Below, piece by piece: positions 38,537 through 47,798 of a DNA stretch of 64,000 nt (positions are counted from its first letter, which is position 1; each line of letters opens with the position of its first letter). Made by a program: the position numbers and the translations under genes. This DNA comes from Bacteroidota bacterium. Its GTDB lineage: Bacteria; Bacteroidota; Bacteroidia; 2-12-FULL-35-15. Location of the stretch: assembly GCA_037131555.1 (NCBI GenBank), contig JBAXQU010000004.1, positions 365 through 64,364 of the forward strand. The letters run 5' to 3'. The notes below the pieces were generated by a model. That model searched no databases, had not been told where the DNA came from, and saw only the letters and a program-made list of their open reading frames with translations.

Positions 38537-39427
38537 TTATTTTATTTCGAATTGTTGTGTTGATGGTTTAGTGCGTTCGAATGCATCTATAAACGAGACT
38601 TCGCTCGCATTGTATATTTTAGAACCCAAGTATTTTGAATAGTGTTCTACTTGCATATAACCTTTAAATATTTTTGAGAAGGTAATGAACACCTCTTCTG
38701 ATGTGAAGGTTTCCTTAAGATGCAACCCTTTGTAAAATGGTCGATAGGTTGTTTTTTCTGTTCCTTCATAAAAGTGACTATCCTTAAAACAAACAACGTT
38801 TTCATTATTCACCATCAAGCTTTCGTGCCAAGTATGGTCGGTACCAAATAAGTAAACCTCCTTGAAACCTATGTTTAAAGCAAGAAAGAGTGAGGCAACC
38901 ATTACATTTTGCGATTGAGGCATGGCCATGTTCTTGCGGTAGAGCCAATACCCAATTCCTTTAAATCCTTTATAAACGGTATAATTGAAATAGACAAGTT
39001 TAATGTTGGGATTTTGTTTTTCGAGTGTGGCAAACAAAGATGATTTTTTGGCAAGATGTGGAACCATTAAATTCAATGGCCACGAAGTTTTCTCAACCAA
39101 TCCTTTTATGGTATTGGTCACCACTTCCGAATCGCCAAACCAAAACCCTGGGTCGAGCACTACATAATACGTTGGTTTCAATAAACTATATTCAGGGGTG
39201 ATGGAGAAACTATTGACAGCAATGAGCGGATGTTGATGAAAAAAAGCAGGATACTTCTCCAATGATGTTCTCAACGAAGGACCATTGCCAAGCACGATAG
39301 CTGAAGAGGAAGCGGCCATGGGGAACTCTTTGCTGCTTTTCGATTTAATAAGTACTTTTATGATGGATGCAAACGTGTTTGCACTTTGTTTCATAAACCA
39401 TACGAGCTCTTTGACTATTTTTTCCAT
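38537..39427 (-). CDS. DUF115 / MAF_flag10 (MptE-like) family protein. A Maf-like putative glycosyltransferase.
   Basis: VLGNGPSL nucleotide-binding-like motif near the N-terminus and a later LFGTDH motif. Gene context is amino-sugar biosynthesis. The family assignment is from memory. Confidence 0.4.
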   Translation of the reverse strand: MEKIVKELVWFMKQSANTFASIIKVLIKSKSSKEFPMAASSSAIVLGNGPSLRTSLEKYPAFFHQHPLIAVNSFSITPEYSLLKPTYYVVLDPGFWFGDSEVVTNTIKGLVEKTSWPLNLMVPHLAKKSSLFATLEKQNPNIKLVYFNYTVYKGFKGIGYWLYRKNMAMPQSQNVMVASLFLALNIGFKEVYLFGTDHTWHESLMVNNENVVCFKDSHFYEGTEKTTYRPFYKGLHLKETFTSEEVFITFSKIFKGYMQVEHYSKYLGSKIYNASEVSFIDAFERTKPSTQQFEIK

Positions 39428-39600
39428 TGATATTCAACGGCAAATGTAAATAAAATAATGGTGTTGTGTAAAAGTGCTAAAGAATCTGATTTAAGTTTTT
39501 TGTTTGCATTAAAAAGGGCTGACAATGAGGCTACTCACTTTTTAATTACTTTGATAGAAACAAAATTCTTAATATTGTGAATTATTTAGAAGGAGATTTT

Positions 39601-40329
39601 ATGAACGGTTTTGAACGGAGTACAAAAAAAATATTTCAGCGTTTCGGTATATTAATTCGCAAGTACAATGCAGGCACTAGTGAAGATTTAAGACGGATTA
39701 AACTTTTGCAACATTACCATATCGACCTTGTTTTTGATATAGGTGCCAATAAGGGACAATATGCCATAGGTATTATGGATGCCGGATATTCCAATAAAAT
39801 AGTTTCGTTCGAGCCTTTATCTTCGGTGCATACAATCATCGAACGCGAAAGTAAGCGATTCCCTCAGTGGACCGTGGCTCCACGCTGTGCGGTAGGTTCT
39901 AAAAACGAAGAGATAGAAATTAATATTTCGGCAAATTCGGTAAGTAGTACCTTGCTTAATATGCTCGATTCGCATATCGAAGGTGCTCCCGAATCGAAGA
40001 TTATAGGCAAAGAAAAAGTAAAAGTAGTGCCTCTTGACGAAGCTGCTCAAGCATATATTAGTGGTTCGAAGAATATCTTTTTGAAAATAGATGTTCAAGG
40101 TTTTGAACAAGAAGTATTGAAGGGTGCCGAAAGGATGATAGATAAAGCGAAAGGAATAGAGATGGAAATATCATTGATTCCTTTATACGAAAACCAAAAT
40201 TGGCTCTTGCCTCAGGTGCTGGAATACATGCAGAAAAAGGGGTTTCAACTTACAAGCATTGTTCCTGCATTTACCGATAATGCTACAGGAAAAGTATTGC
40301 AATGCAATGGAATATTTTTTAGAAACTAA
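39601..40329 (+). CDS. FkbM-family SAM-dependent methyltransferase. The ATG at 39601 is preferred over the upstream GTG at 39577.
   Basis: DIGANKGQY motif. Family-typical C-terminal region (KIDVQGFEQEVLKG). An AGGAG sequence lies upstream of 39601. Confidence 0.7.
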   Translation: MNGFERSTKKIFQRFGILIRKYNAGTSEDLRRIKLLQHYHIDLVFDIGANKGQYAIGIMDAGYSNKIVSFEPLSSVHTIIERESKRFPQWTVAPRCAVGSKNEEIEINISANSVSSTLLNMLDSHIEGAPESKIIGKEKVKVVPLDEAAQAYISGSKNIFLKIDVQGFEQEVLKGAERMIDKAKGIEMEISLIPLYENQNWLLPQVLEYMQKKGFQLTSIVPAFTDNATGKVLQCNGIFFRN

Positions 40330-41082
40330 ATGCAATTCAATCCGAAAATAAGTGTGGTGACGGTGGTTTACAATGCCAAACCGTTGTTAGAAAAAACCAT
40401 TCTCAGTGTTATTTCCCAATCTTACCTCAACATCGAATACCTTATTATTGATGGAGGTTCGGACGATGGCACCTTGGAACTTGCCGAGCAATACCAATCG
40501 CAAATAGCCCTTATCCTTTCGGGTAAAGACAATGGTATATATGATGCCATGAACAAAAGTTTGAAGAATGCCACAGGCGATTATATCTTGTTTCTGAATG
40601 CTGGCGATGAACTCTACGACAAAGATACCTTGAAGAAGGTATTTGCCACCAAAGCCAATGCCGATGTATACTATGGCAACACAGCGGTGATGAATGCACA
40701 AGGCGAAGTGATAGGCGAAAGAAGATTAAAACCACCTGCTGTGATGGATTGGAAAAGCTTGCGCCATGGCATGTGTGTATCTCATCAATCGTTTATTGCC
40801 AAACGTTTGCTTTGCGATTTTTACAATGTCGATTACCGCATTGCTGCCGATATCGATTGGGTGATAAATGTGCTCAAGCAATCGGAAAGTACGGTGAACA
40901 CTGGTATCTACATTTCGAAATTCTTAGCGGGTGGCACCTCGCATCACCATCAACGGTTTGCTTGGATGGAGCGTTTCCGCATCATGACAAAACATTATGG
41001 CTTGGTAGCTACGCTTTGGAATCATTTTTACATTCTGCTTCGTTATCCTTTGCATAAGCTCACCAAAAAGTCGATGACTTAA
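40330..41082 (+). CDS. Glycosyltransferase family 2.
   Basis: ISVVTVVYNA...IIDGGSDDGT...DAMN motifs. Starts 1 nt after the FkbM stop. Confidence 0.75.
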   Translation: MQFNPKISVVTVVYNAKPLLEKTILSVISQSYLNIEYLIIDGGSDDGTLELAEQYQSQIALILSGKDNGIYDAMNKSLKNATGDYILFLNAGDELYDKDTLKKVFATKANADVYYGNTAVMNAQGEVIGERRLKPPAVMDWKSLRHGMCVSHQSFIAKRLLCDFYNVDYRIAADIDWVINVLKQSESTVNTGIYISKFLAGGTSHHHQRFAWMERFRIMTKHYGLVATLWNHFYILLRYPLHKLTKKSMT

Positions 41083-41201
41083 TGGGTTTTACTTAGCCTT
41101 TGTGCAAAGTACAATTCAAAAGAAAATATTTTTTTTGCGGGCTGTAACTTTTTAATTCCCATGTTCGTCTTAGTATTAAAATTAACCTTAAAAATTTATT
41201 A

Positions 41202-41948
41202 ATGATGAACCTTTTTATCACCACTTTAAGTATTGTTGCCACTTCGTTTTCGTTTGCAGGATGCGAAGACATCACCATTTCGAACAACGACAACCAAGCC
41301 AAAGTAAACGGAAATGGAAACGTACAAACTCAAGAACGACCTATTTCTACGTTTGATAAAATAGAGATTAATGGTGTATTCAATGTGTTTCTGTCGCAAG
41401 GCGATAAAGAACAAGTGAAGGTGGAAACGGACGAAAACTTACAATCCTTAATCGTGTCTTCGGTAACCAATAATGTATTGTCGGTAACTATGCGCGACAG
41501 TGCTTCCATCGGGAAGATGAAAAAAATAAACATTTATATAAGTGTGGTACATCTTTCGAGCATTACTACCAATGGTGTTGGCAAACTTAAATGTACGAGT
41601 CCTATCAAGGTGAGTGCGCTATCGCTCGACTGCAAAGGAGTAGGACTTACTGAACTAAATGTGGAAGGCGATAAGTTGAGTGTGAATTCGGAAACGGTGG
41701 GCGAACTTAAACTTTCGGGAACCATGAAAGAAACCTCAATCAAACATTCGGGGCTTGGGCTTATCAATGCGTTCGGGTTGCTGAACGAAAAACTAAACTT
41801 GGATGTGGATGGAATAGGTGCTGCCGAAGTGTATGCCAGCAAAGACCTAACCATCACTTCGAACGGAGTAGGAGGGGTGCGCTACAAAGGACACCCTGCT
41901 GTGAAACGAATAAAAAACGAAGGAATAGGCAAAGTGGTGGAAGATTAA
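41202..41948 (+). CDS. DUF2807 (GIN / head-domain-like) lipoprotein.
   Basis: Lipobox (FAGC). Repeated V-x-G-x-G beta-solenoid-like segments typical of DUF2807. Confidence 0.5.
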   Translation: MMNLFITTLSIVATSFSFAGCEDITISNNDNQAKVNGNGNVQTQERPISTFDKIEINGVFNVFLSQGDKEQVKVETDENLQSLIVSSVTNNVLSVTMRDSASIGKMKKINIYISVVHLSSITTNGVGKLKCTSPIKVSALSLDCKGVGLTELNVEGDKLSVNSETVGELKLSGTMKETSIKHSGLGLINAFGLLNEKLNLDVDGIGAAEVYASKDLTITSNGVGGVRYKGHPAVKRIKNEGIGKVVED

Positions 41949-41975
41949 TCGAAGTGAAGAATGATAGTTTTAGTA

Positions 41976-42012
41976 GAACCTTCAAGGCTTATAAACCTTG
42001 AAGGTTTTTTTT
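41976..42012 (+). terminator. Rho-independent terminator of the DUF2807 gene.
   Basis: ACCTTCAAGG cttataa ACCTTGAAGGT followed by TTTTTTT. Confidence 0.6.
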
Positions 42013-42167
42013 GTGCTTGTAGTGTTTTCACCTTCAAGCTTTATTTGTTAACTATTCTTTGTTTATTTGTTAGGTATGTTGGTGAAAAAACAACAACAGA
42101 GGATGAAATAAGGGTAATTTTTTCCTTTTTTTGCCTTTGGGGGCAATTTGGGACTTTTTAAAACGCC

Positions 42168-42552
42168 ACCACCGATACCGTTATACGGACCCCATGATAC
42201 CGTTGTACTGACCCCACGATACCGTTGTACTGACCCCATGATACGGTTGTACTGACCCCACGATACCGTTGTACTGCCCCCATGATACCGTTGTACTGAC
42301 CCCATTATTCCTCTATACTGACCCCATGATACCGTTGTACTGACCCCATGATGCCTTTGTACTGACCCCATGATACCGTTGTACTGACCCCATGATACCT
42401 TTGTACTGAACCCACGATGCCTTGTACTGACCCCACGATACCGTTGTACTGACCCCACGATGCCTTTGTACTGACCCCATGATACCGTTGTACTGACCCC
42501 ATGATGCCTTGTACTGACCCCATGATACCGTTGTACTGTACCCATTATAACG
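42168..42552. repeat. Intergenic minisatellite of about 17 tandem copies of a 21-22-bp unit (tgaccccatgataccgttgtac).
   Basis: Direct head-to-tail copies with point differences and 1-bp indels. The artefactual ORFs 42063..42566 and 42305..42523 read through it. Confidence 0.8.
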
Positions 42553-42620
42553 CCAAACTCCGCCAAAAAGAGGGGGAGTTTGATGTAAATGTATGGGTAA
42601 ATGATTGATATTTATATGCT

Positions 42621-43571
42621 TTAGGCAGGAATTGTTACTTTTAGTCTTGCGTTTACTCCTGTGTCTACTTGTTTTACGATATTGATTTCGGGTTTGCCGA
42701 CTGGTTTGATTTTGACTTTGTAGGTGTCGGGGTTGATTTTATGGAAATCGACTTTTCCTGATGCGTCTGAAGTAAGGGTGATTGCTATTCCGGTGGCTGA
42801 CTGAATTATAATAATTGCATTCGCAACAGGGAGGTTTGACCCTTGTTCTATTAAATCAATTCCTAATGATGCGCTGCCTGGAGGGCTAACGATGTTTTTA
42901 ACGTGAGACATCATGAATTGTTTTAGTGCTTCGGCATCTTTGCGGAAAACTATGTGTCCATCGTTTTGGAGGTTTTGTAAATCAGCATAAACTATGTTGT
43001 CGGCTGTGATTTTTGCGCCTGTGCCAGTGCCTGTTTGGCGTGAGGTTTTGAATGCTGCATATTTTGAATCAAAAGCGGTTGAGGCTGTTGTACAATCTCC
43101 TGGAAATGTAGCTGGCATAAATCCGTCAGTAAGGGGTGCAGGATTTGCTTCAATAAAATCGTTTACTTTTTTGTTGAGTGCTACTACGTTTTCCCAATTG
43201 TTGTGTGAAGCGGATTCGTAAACGGTCATTCCTGCCTCATCATATTTGATATTCCATTGGTCTTTTGGGAAACCATCGTGGATGTATCCTTTTAAATCTT
43301 GAAAGAGGTTGCAGCAGGTATCTGCTAGGCCTATGAGTTCGACTTTGAATGTTTCGTGGATTGAGTTACGTTGGTCGTCATCGGGCATTGTGAATGCTGC
43401 TTTTTTGTTTGCTCGAAGCTGTGCAATAAATGCGGGGGTGTATTTGCCCGGCTTTTTTGTTTGAAATGCTGCGAGGTTTGTTGGGTTTTCGAGATTGTCG
43501 TACATTGTGTCGGCAATAGAGTACAATTCTTGTTGTGTAAAGGGGTACTTAGGTGTAGGTGTGTGTGGCAT
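42621..43571 (-). CDS. Hypothetical protein (316 aa, no signal peptide). The C-terminus resembles a beta-sandwich domain.
   Basis: Clean ORF with typical codon usage. I recognise no family. Confidence 0.45.
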   Translation of the reverse strand: MPHTPTPKYPFTQQELYSIADTMYDNLENPTNLAAFQTKKPGKYTPAFIAQLRANKKAAFTMPDDDQRNSIHETFKVELIGLADTCCNLFQDLKGYIHDGFPKDQWNIKYDEAGMTVYESASHNNWENVVALNKKVNDFIEANPAPLTDGFMPATFPGDCTTASTAFDSKYAAFKTSRQTGTGTGAKITADNIVYADLQNLQNDGHIVFRKDAEALKQFMMSHVKNIVSPPGSASLGIDLIEQGSNLPVANAIIIIQSATGIAITLTSDASGKVDFHKINPDTYKVKIKPVGKPEINIVKQVDTGVNARLKVTIPA

Positions 43572-43938
43572 ATCTTTAAGATTTAGTTGTTAATTATAAA
43601 TTATTAATAGCGATACAAAAATAAATAATTTTTGGAATATGCAAGAAATTTTGGGGGTATTTTTTTGAAAGAAAGACCTCTCCCCGGGCACCTCTCCGCA
43701 AGAGAGGGGATGTTGTTTTTTTTTTCGGGAGCGGTAAAAAAGGGATACGAAGCGTGAGTAGCTGAATAACTGCACCTGATTGAAGAGGAAAGCCCGCATG
43801 CGTTGGCTTGTGCGTTGGGCGGACTTGGAACGGAAAGCAGGAGGAAAGAAACCGAAGAGTGCGAAACTGCCTGCCATTATTATTTGGTTGTTAGTTGTTG
43901 GGAACTTTACGAAATACGAATATTACGAATGTACGAAT

Positions 43939-43974
43939 AATTGCCTACTGCACAATTGCAAAATTGCCTTCGTG
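43939..43974. promoter_or_regulatory. Copy A of a conserved ~35-bp intergenic motif, aattgcc-N12-aattgcaaaattgccttcg. The second copy is at 53268-53302.
   Basis: A 19-nt identical core plus an upstream identical AATTGCC heptamer, shared between two intergenic regions 9 kb apart. Confidence 0.35.
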
Positions 43975-43988
43975 TCTTAGCGGTGAAA

Positions 43989-44056
43989 CATCTCATATCT
44001 CAATACTAATATCTAACATCTCAATACTCACATCTAACATCTCAATACTCACATCT
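43989..44056. repeat. About three tandem 21-bp units (atctaacatctcaatactcac).
   Basis: Read directly from the sequence. Overlaps the stop codon of the DUF2461 gene. Confidence 0.55.
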
Positions 44057-44729
44057 GTATCCCATTCACATCGGTAGTAAGCACTTCGCTCATATAATCG
44101 AAAAAAGGTCGCATGTTTTTAAAAGCATCGTTGGCTTGTTTCACAAAGTTTTCGCTCATCACTTCTTTGTCGGAAAAAGATTTCATCACCAAAAATTGTT
44201 TGTATCGTATCAAGTCGATGGCAGGGTTGGTAGCATCGAAACCTTTGGGAGAAGTTTTTACTTGTTCGCCCATCAAACTACCGAAATTACTCACAAAAGC
44301 TTTGCTCTTTACTATCTTTCGCAAGGGAGCAGCATCGTAGGCAAACTCTTCGCGTATGCGTTTCAAGTCGTGAGGTTCGGGAGCCCAAAAACCACCGCCC
44401 ACAAAACTATTGCCTGGTTCGATATGGAAATAATAACCACCTCTGCGTTGTTTGGTAGCCCTCGCAAAACTTCCACTCCACACCGGTTTAAAAGGGGTTT
44501 TGTCTTTCGCAAAGCGAGTATCGCGATAGATGCGGTGTAGGCTTTTTTTGCCCGATAGGGTTTCCAACACATCGTGTTTGTTCATCATGGCTAGCAATTC
44601 ATCGGCAAACGAAATGATGTTGGCATGTTCTATCAAGTAGCGGTCTTTATGGGCATTAAACCAATCGCGGTTGTTGTTTCGTTTTATTAGTTTTAGGAAC
44701 TCAATGGCAGAGGCTTGTATTTTGGTCAT
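44049..44729 (-). CDS. DUF2461 (TIGR02453) family protein.
   Basis: Conserved RIYRDTRFAKDKTPFK segment. Length 226 aa. Confidence 0.6.
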   Translation of the reverse strand: MTKIQASAIEFLKLIKRNNNRDWFNAHKDRYLIEHANIISFADELLAMMNKHDVLETLSGKKSLHRIYRDTRFAKDKTPFKPVWSGSFARATKQRRGGYYFHIEPGNSFVGGGFWAPEPHDLKRIREEFAYDAAPLRKIVKSKAFVSNFGSLMGEQVKTSPKGFDATNPAIDLIRYKQFLVMKSFSDKEVMSENFVKQANDAFKNMRPFFDYMSEVLTTDVNGIQM

Positions 44730-44889
44730 TTGTTTTTTTTAGATTTCTGTTGCGTACAAATATACATTCATTCCGATAAATAAATAAGTAAAATGTAGAA
44801 GAGACGAAAATTAAAACTCAGGATGAGTTCAAAACAAAACATTCGCTATCTTCGCTCTATCAAAAAAATAATAACTAGCACCCAAAGCA

Positions 44890-47775
44890 ATGCAGAAACG
44901 TCTTCCTTTCATCCTCACTCCTTTATTTGCCTTATTGGTTGTATCCATTGGTTTTGCACAGACACATAAGTCGGTTATTGATGCATCATCCACAAACTTT
45001 ACGATGCCGAGCAATTTGAAAGAAAGCGATTATCTCTCCAAAACTATTGTCTTTAAAGTGAAATCGGCCTATCGTACAATTTGTGCGGATGATAAAATAG
45101 AAGATAATAATTTCAAAACTTTATACACCACCATTGGTGGAAATGGGTTGCACCGAATGTTTCCGCATAGCCAACGCCCCGAAAAAGAAACCAACGAACA
45201 AGGACAATCCTATGCCGACCTTACGTTGATTTACGAGTTTACGTATACTGCCAACCTTCAGTTCGAAAAACTCATTCGTAAGTTTGCTCTGCTTTCCATT
45301 GCTCAATATGCCGAGCCACATTATGTACCCCATGTGTTTTATACCCCTAACGACCCCGACCTTGTGCAACAATACGCCATCACCAATATACAAGCCGAAG
45401 CAGCTTGGGGAGTAAACACCACCACTGCCCGTGGCGATACCAATGTGGTGATAGGCATTACCGACACTGGCACCGAACCCACACATGATGATTTGAAAAA
45501 CCAAATAAAACACAATTACCTCGACACCTTGGATGGCATCGATAATGATGGTGATGGATACATCGACAATTTTAGTGGTTGGGATTTAGGCGAAAACGAC
45601 AACGACCCTACTTACAATGCCAATGCACACGGAGTGCATGTGTCGGGCATAGCTGCTGCGGAAAACGACAATGCTACCAATGGAGTAGGAGTAGGATTCA
45701 ACTGTAAGTTTCTACCTGTGAAAATAGCCGATGCATCGGGCACCCTAAGCAAAGCTTACGAAGGCATTACCTATGCTGCCGACCACAATTGTGCCATCAT
45801 CAATTGTTCGTGGGGTGGCACAGCCGGTGGGCAATTGGGGCAAGATGTGGTAACCTATGCCACCATCAATAAAAATGCCCTTGTGGTGGCAGCTGCCGGA
45901 AACGATGGAATGGACGAGGTGTTTTATCCTGCTGCTTACACCTATGTGATAAGTGTTGCCAATACTAAAAATGATGATAGACGCTCAGTTTCGTCTAATT
46001 ATAATTACACGGTTGATGTTTGCGCTCCGGGCGAAAACATTTATTCCACTTATCCTACCAATAGTTATGCATCGCTCACGGGCACCTCTATGGCTTCGCC
46101 TTGTGCCGCAGGAGCCTCCGCCATCATCAAATCCTTTTATCCATCTTACAGCGCATTGCAAATAGGCGAACGATTAAAGGTTACATGTGATAATATCTAT
46201 GGATTGATGAGTCCGATATATGCCAACAAACTAGGCAATGGGCGCATCAATTTATTCCGTGCCATCACCGACCCTTTTACTCCTTCGGTAGTGATGACTC
46301 AGAAACAAACCACCGACAACAACGATAATACCTTTGTAATAGGCGATACCCTTCGGATAGGTGGTAACTTTATCAATTACCTCAACCCAACCACCAACCT
46401 TGTTGCTACACTTTCTACCAGTTCACCATTCGTAACCATTCTCAATTCCACTGTTACTTTAGGAGCAATTGCTACAATGGGTTCGGTAACTAATTATAGC
46501 AATCCTTTCGTTGTTCAGATATTACCTTCGGCACTTCAGAATACCTTGGTTACTTTTCAACTCACCCTTACCGATGCGGCTACTTCGTACACCAAGAATG
46601 AGTTTTTTACCGAAACCGTAAATGTGGATTATGTAAACATCACCATCAACGATGTGGCAACCACCATCAATAGCAGTGGACATATAGGATACAGCGGCAA
46701 CAATCAATCAGGAGGATTAGGTTTTAATTATATGAATGGAGGAACTTTGATGTACGAGTCGGGTTTGATGGTTGGAAGCAATGCTAATCAAGTGTCGGAT
46801 GCCATAAGGGTGTACACCACTCCCGATGCCGATTTTCAATCCATTAATGCAGTGCATACCGTTATTCCTTCGGTTTATTCCGAGTTCGATTTGGATGGTA
46901 AGTTTCACGATGCATTAGCCACACAACCTTTGCCTGTGGATGTTCATCACAAAGCCTTTGCTTGGAGCACTGTAGGTAATCGAAAATTTGTCATTGTTCA
47001 ATACGTGATTACCAACACAGGTTCTGCACCTTTGTCGGATGTATATGCTGGCATTTTCACCGATTGGGATATTGATGCCACCACCTTTACATCCAACCGT
47101 GCTTCGTTCGATGCCGCCAACAAAATGGGATACGCTTATTACACAGGAGCCAATGCAAAATATGCAGGAGTGAAATTACTTACCAATACTGCACCTGTGG
47201 TTCATTATGCTATCGACAACATCAATGGCGGTGGAGGAGGAGTGGACATCACAGCCACCGGCTTTGGATATTCAGGCACATTGAAATACACCACACTTTC
47301 AACCAATCGCACCGATGCAGGACTTTCGGGAACGGGCAATGATGTTTGCGATGTGGTAAGTTCTGGACCATTTAACATGGCCGTAGGCGATTCAATAAAA
47401 GTGGCCTTTGCCATAATTGCTGGTGATAGTTTGCCCGATTTGCAAAACTCAGCCATCAATGCTCAAATTAAATACGATGGAATGGCCATAGTAGGAACCC
47501 ATGCATTAGAAGGAAATCAATCGTCTGTTTCGGTTTATCCCAATCCATCCACTACAAGTTCTTCCCTTGATTTTATGCTTGCTCAGGCGGCTTCTGTAAA
47601 AGTGGAATTGGTAAATATTCTTGGTGAGGAGGTGCAATCTATCCTGTCGGAAAAGCTAAATGCAGGCCATCATCGCATTACCAACGATGTTTCATCTCTT
47701 GTCAATGGCATTTATTTCTATCAAATAACCATTGGAAATAAACATACAACTGAGAAATTGATAATTGCCAAGTAA
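44890..47775 (+). CDS. S8-family subtilisin-like serine peptidase with a T9SS C-terminal sorting domain.
   Basis: Catalytic triad contexts: Asp (VVIGITDTGTEP), His (HGVHVSGIAAA) and Ser (GTSMASPCAAG). Signal peptide. C-terminal T9SS CTD (...VSVYPNPSTT...NGIYFYQITIGNKHTTEKLIIAK). Confidence 0.85.
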   Translation: MQKRLPFILTPLFALLVVSIGFAQTHKSVIDASSTNFTMPSNLKESDYLSKTIVFKVKSAYRTICADDKIEDNNFKTLYTTIGGNGLHRMFPHSQRPEKETNEQGQSYADLTLIYEFTYTANLQFEKLIRKFALLSIAQYAEPHYVPHVFYTPNDPDLVQQYAITNIQAEAAWGVNTTTARGDTNVVIGITDTGTEPTHDDLKNQIKHNYLDTLDGIDNDGDGYIDNFSGWDLGENDNDPTYNANAHGVHVSGIAAAENDNATNGVGVGFNCKFLPVKIADASGTLSKAYEGITYAADHNCAIINCSWGGTAGGQLGQDVVTYATINKNALVVAAAGNDGMDEVFYPAAYTYVISVANTKNDDRRSVSSNYNYTVDVCAPGENIYSTYPTNSYASLTGTSMASPCAAGASAIIKSFYPSYSALQIGERLKVTCDNIYGLMSPIYANKLGNGRINLFRAITDPFTPSVVMTQKQTTDNNDNTFVIGDTLRIGGNFINYLNPTTNLVATLSTSSPFVTILNSTVTLGAIATMGSVTNYSNPFVVQILPSALQNTLVTFQLTLTDAATSYTKNEFFTETVNVDYVNITINDVATTINSSGHIGYSGNNQSGGLGFNYMNGGTLMYESGLMVGSNANQVSDAIRVYTTPDADFQSINAVHTVIPSVYSEFDLDGKFHDALATQPLPVDVHHKAFAWSTVGNRKFVIVQYVITNTGSAPLSDVYAGIFTDWDIDATTFTSNRASFDAANKMGYAYYTGANAKYAGVKLLTNTAPVVHYAIDNINGGGGGVDITATGFGYSGTLKYTTLSTNRTDAGLSGTGNDVCDVVSSGPFNMAVGDSIKVAFAIIAGDSLPDLQNSAINAQIKYDGMAIVGTHALEGNQSSVSVYPNPSTTSSSLDFMLAQAASVKVELVNILGEEVQSILSEKLNAGHHRITNDVSSLVNGIYFYQITIGNKHTTEKLIIAK

Positions 47776-47798
47776 GGCAATTATCAATAATGGTAAGA

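Noticed and set aside
42168-42552. Possible CRISPR array
   Set aside because: The units are directly contiguous with no unique spacers, and the unit is only 21-22 bp with no repeat-spacer periodicity. It is a minisatellite, not CRISPR, and no cas genes lie nearby.
42063-42566. 167-aa minus-strand ORF with a 22-aa repeating translation (also the 42305..42523 ORF)
   Set aside because: It lies entirely on the 22-bp minisatellite. Three units make 66 bp, which keeps a frame open by chance. The 1-bp indels between units split it into two frames, and there is no signal peptide or start context. I treat it as a non-coding repeat.
43740-43870. Possible SRP RNA, RNase P RNA or tmRNA in the GC-rich block
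   Set aside because: I checked by eye for the SRP domain IV consensus (CCGGAAGGAAGCAGC-like), the RNase P conserved regions and the tmRNA tRNA-like ends. Only a weak resemblance was seen (ggaacggaaagcagg), so I make no confident call.
43780-43980. 66-aa plus-strand ORF (and the 95-aa minus ORF 43590..43877) in the long intergenic gap
   Set aside because: Both are short, have odd composition and no motifs, and overlap the GC-rich non-coding block. The region is more likely a UTR or ncRNA than a protein gene.
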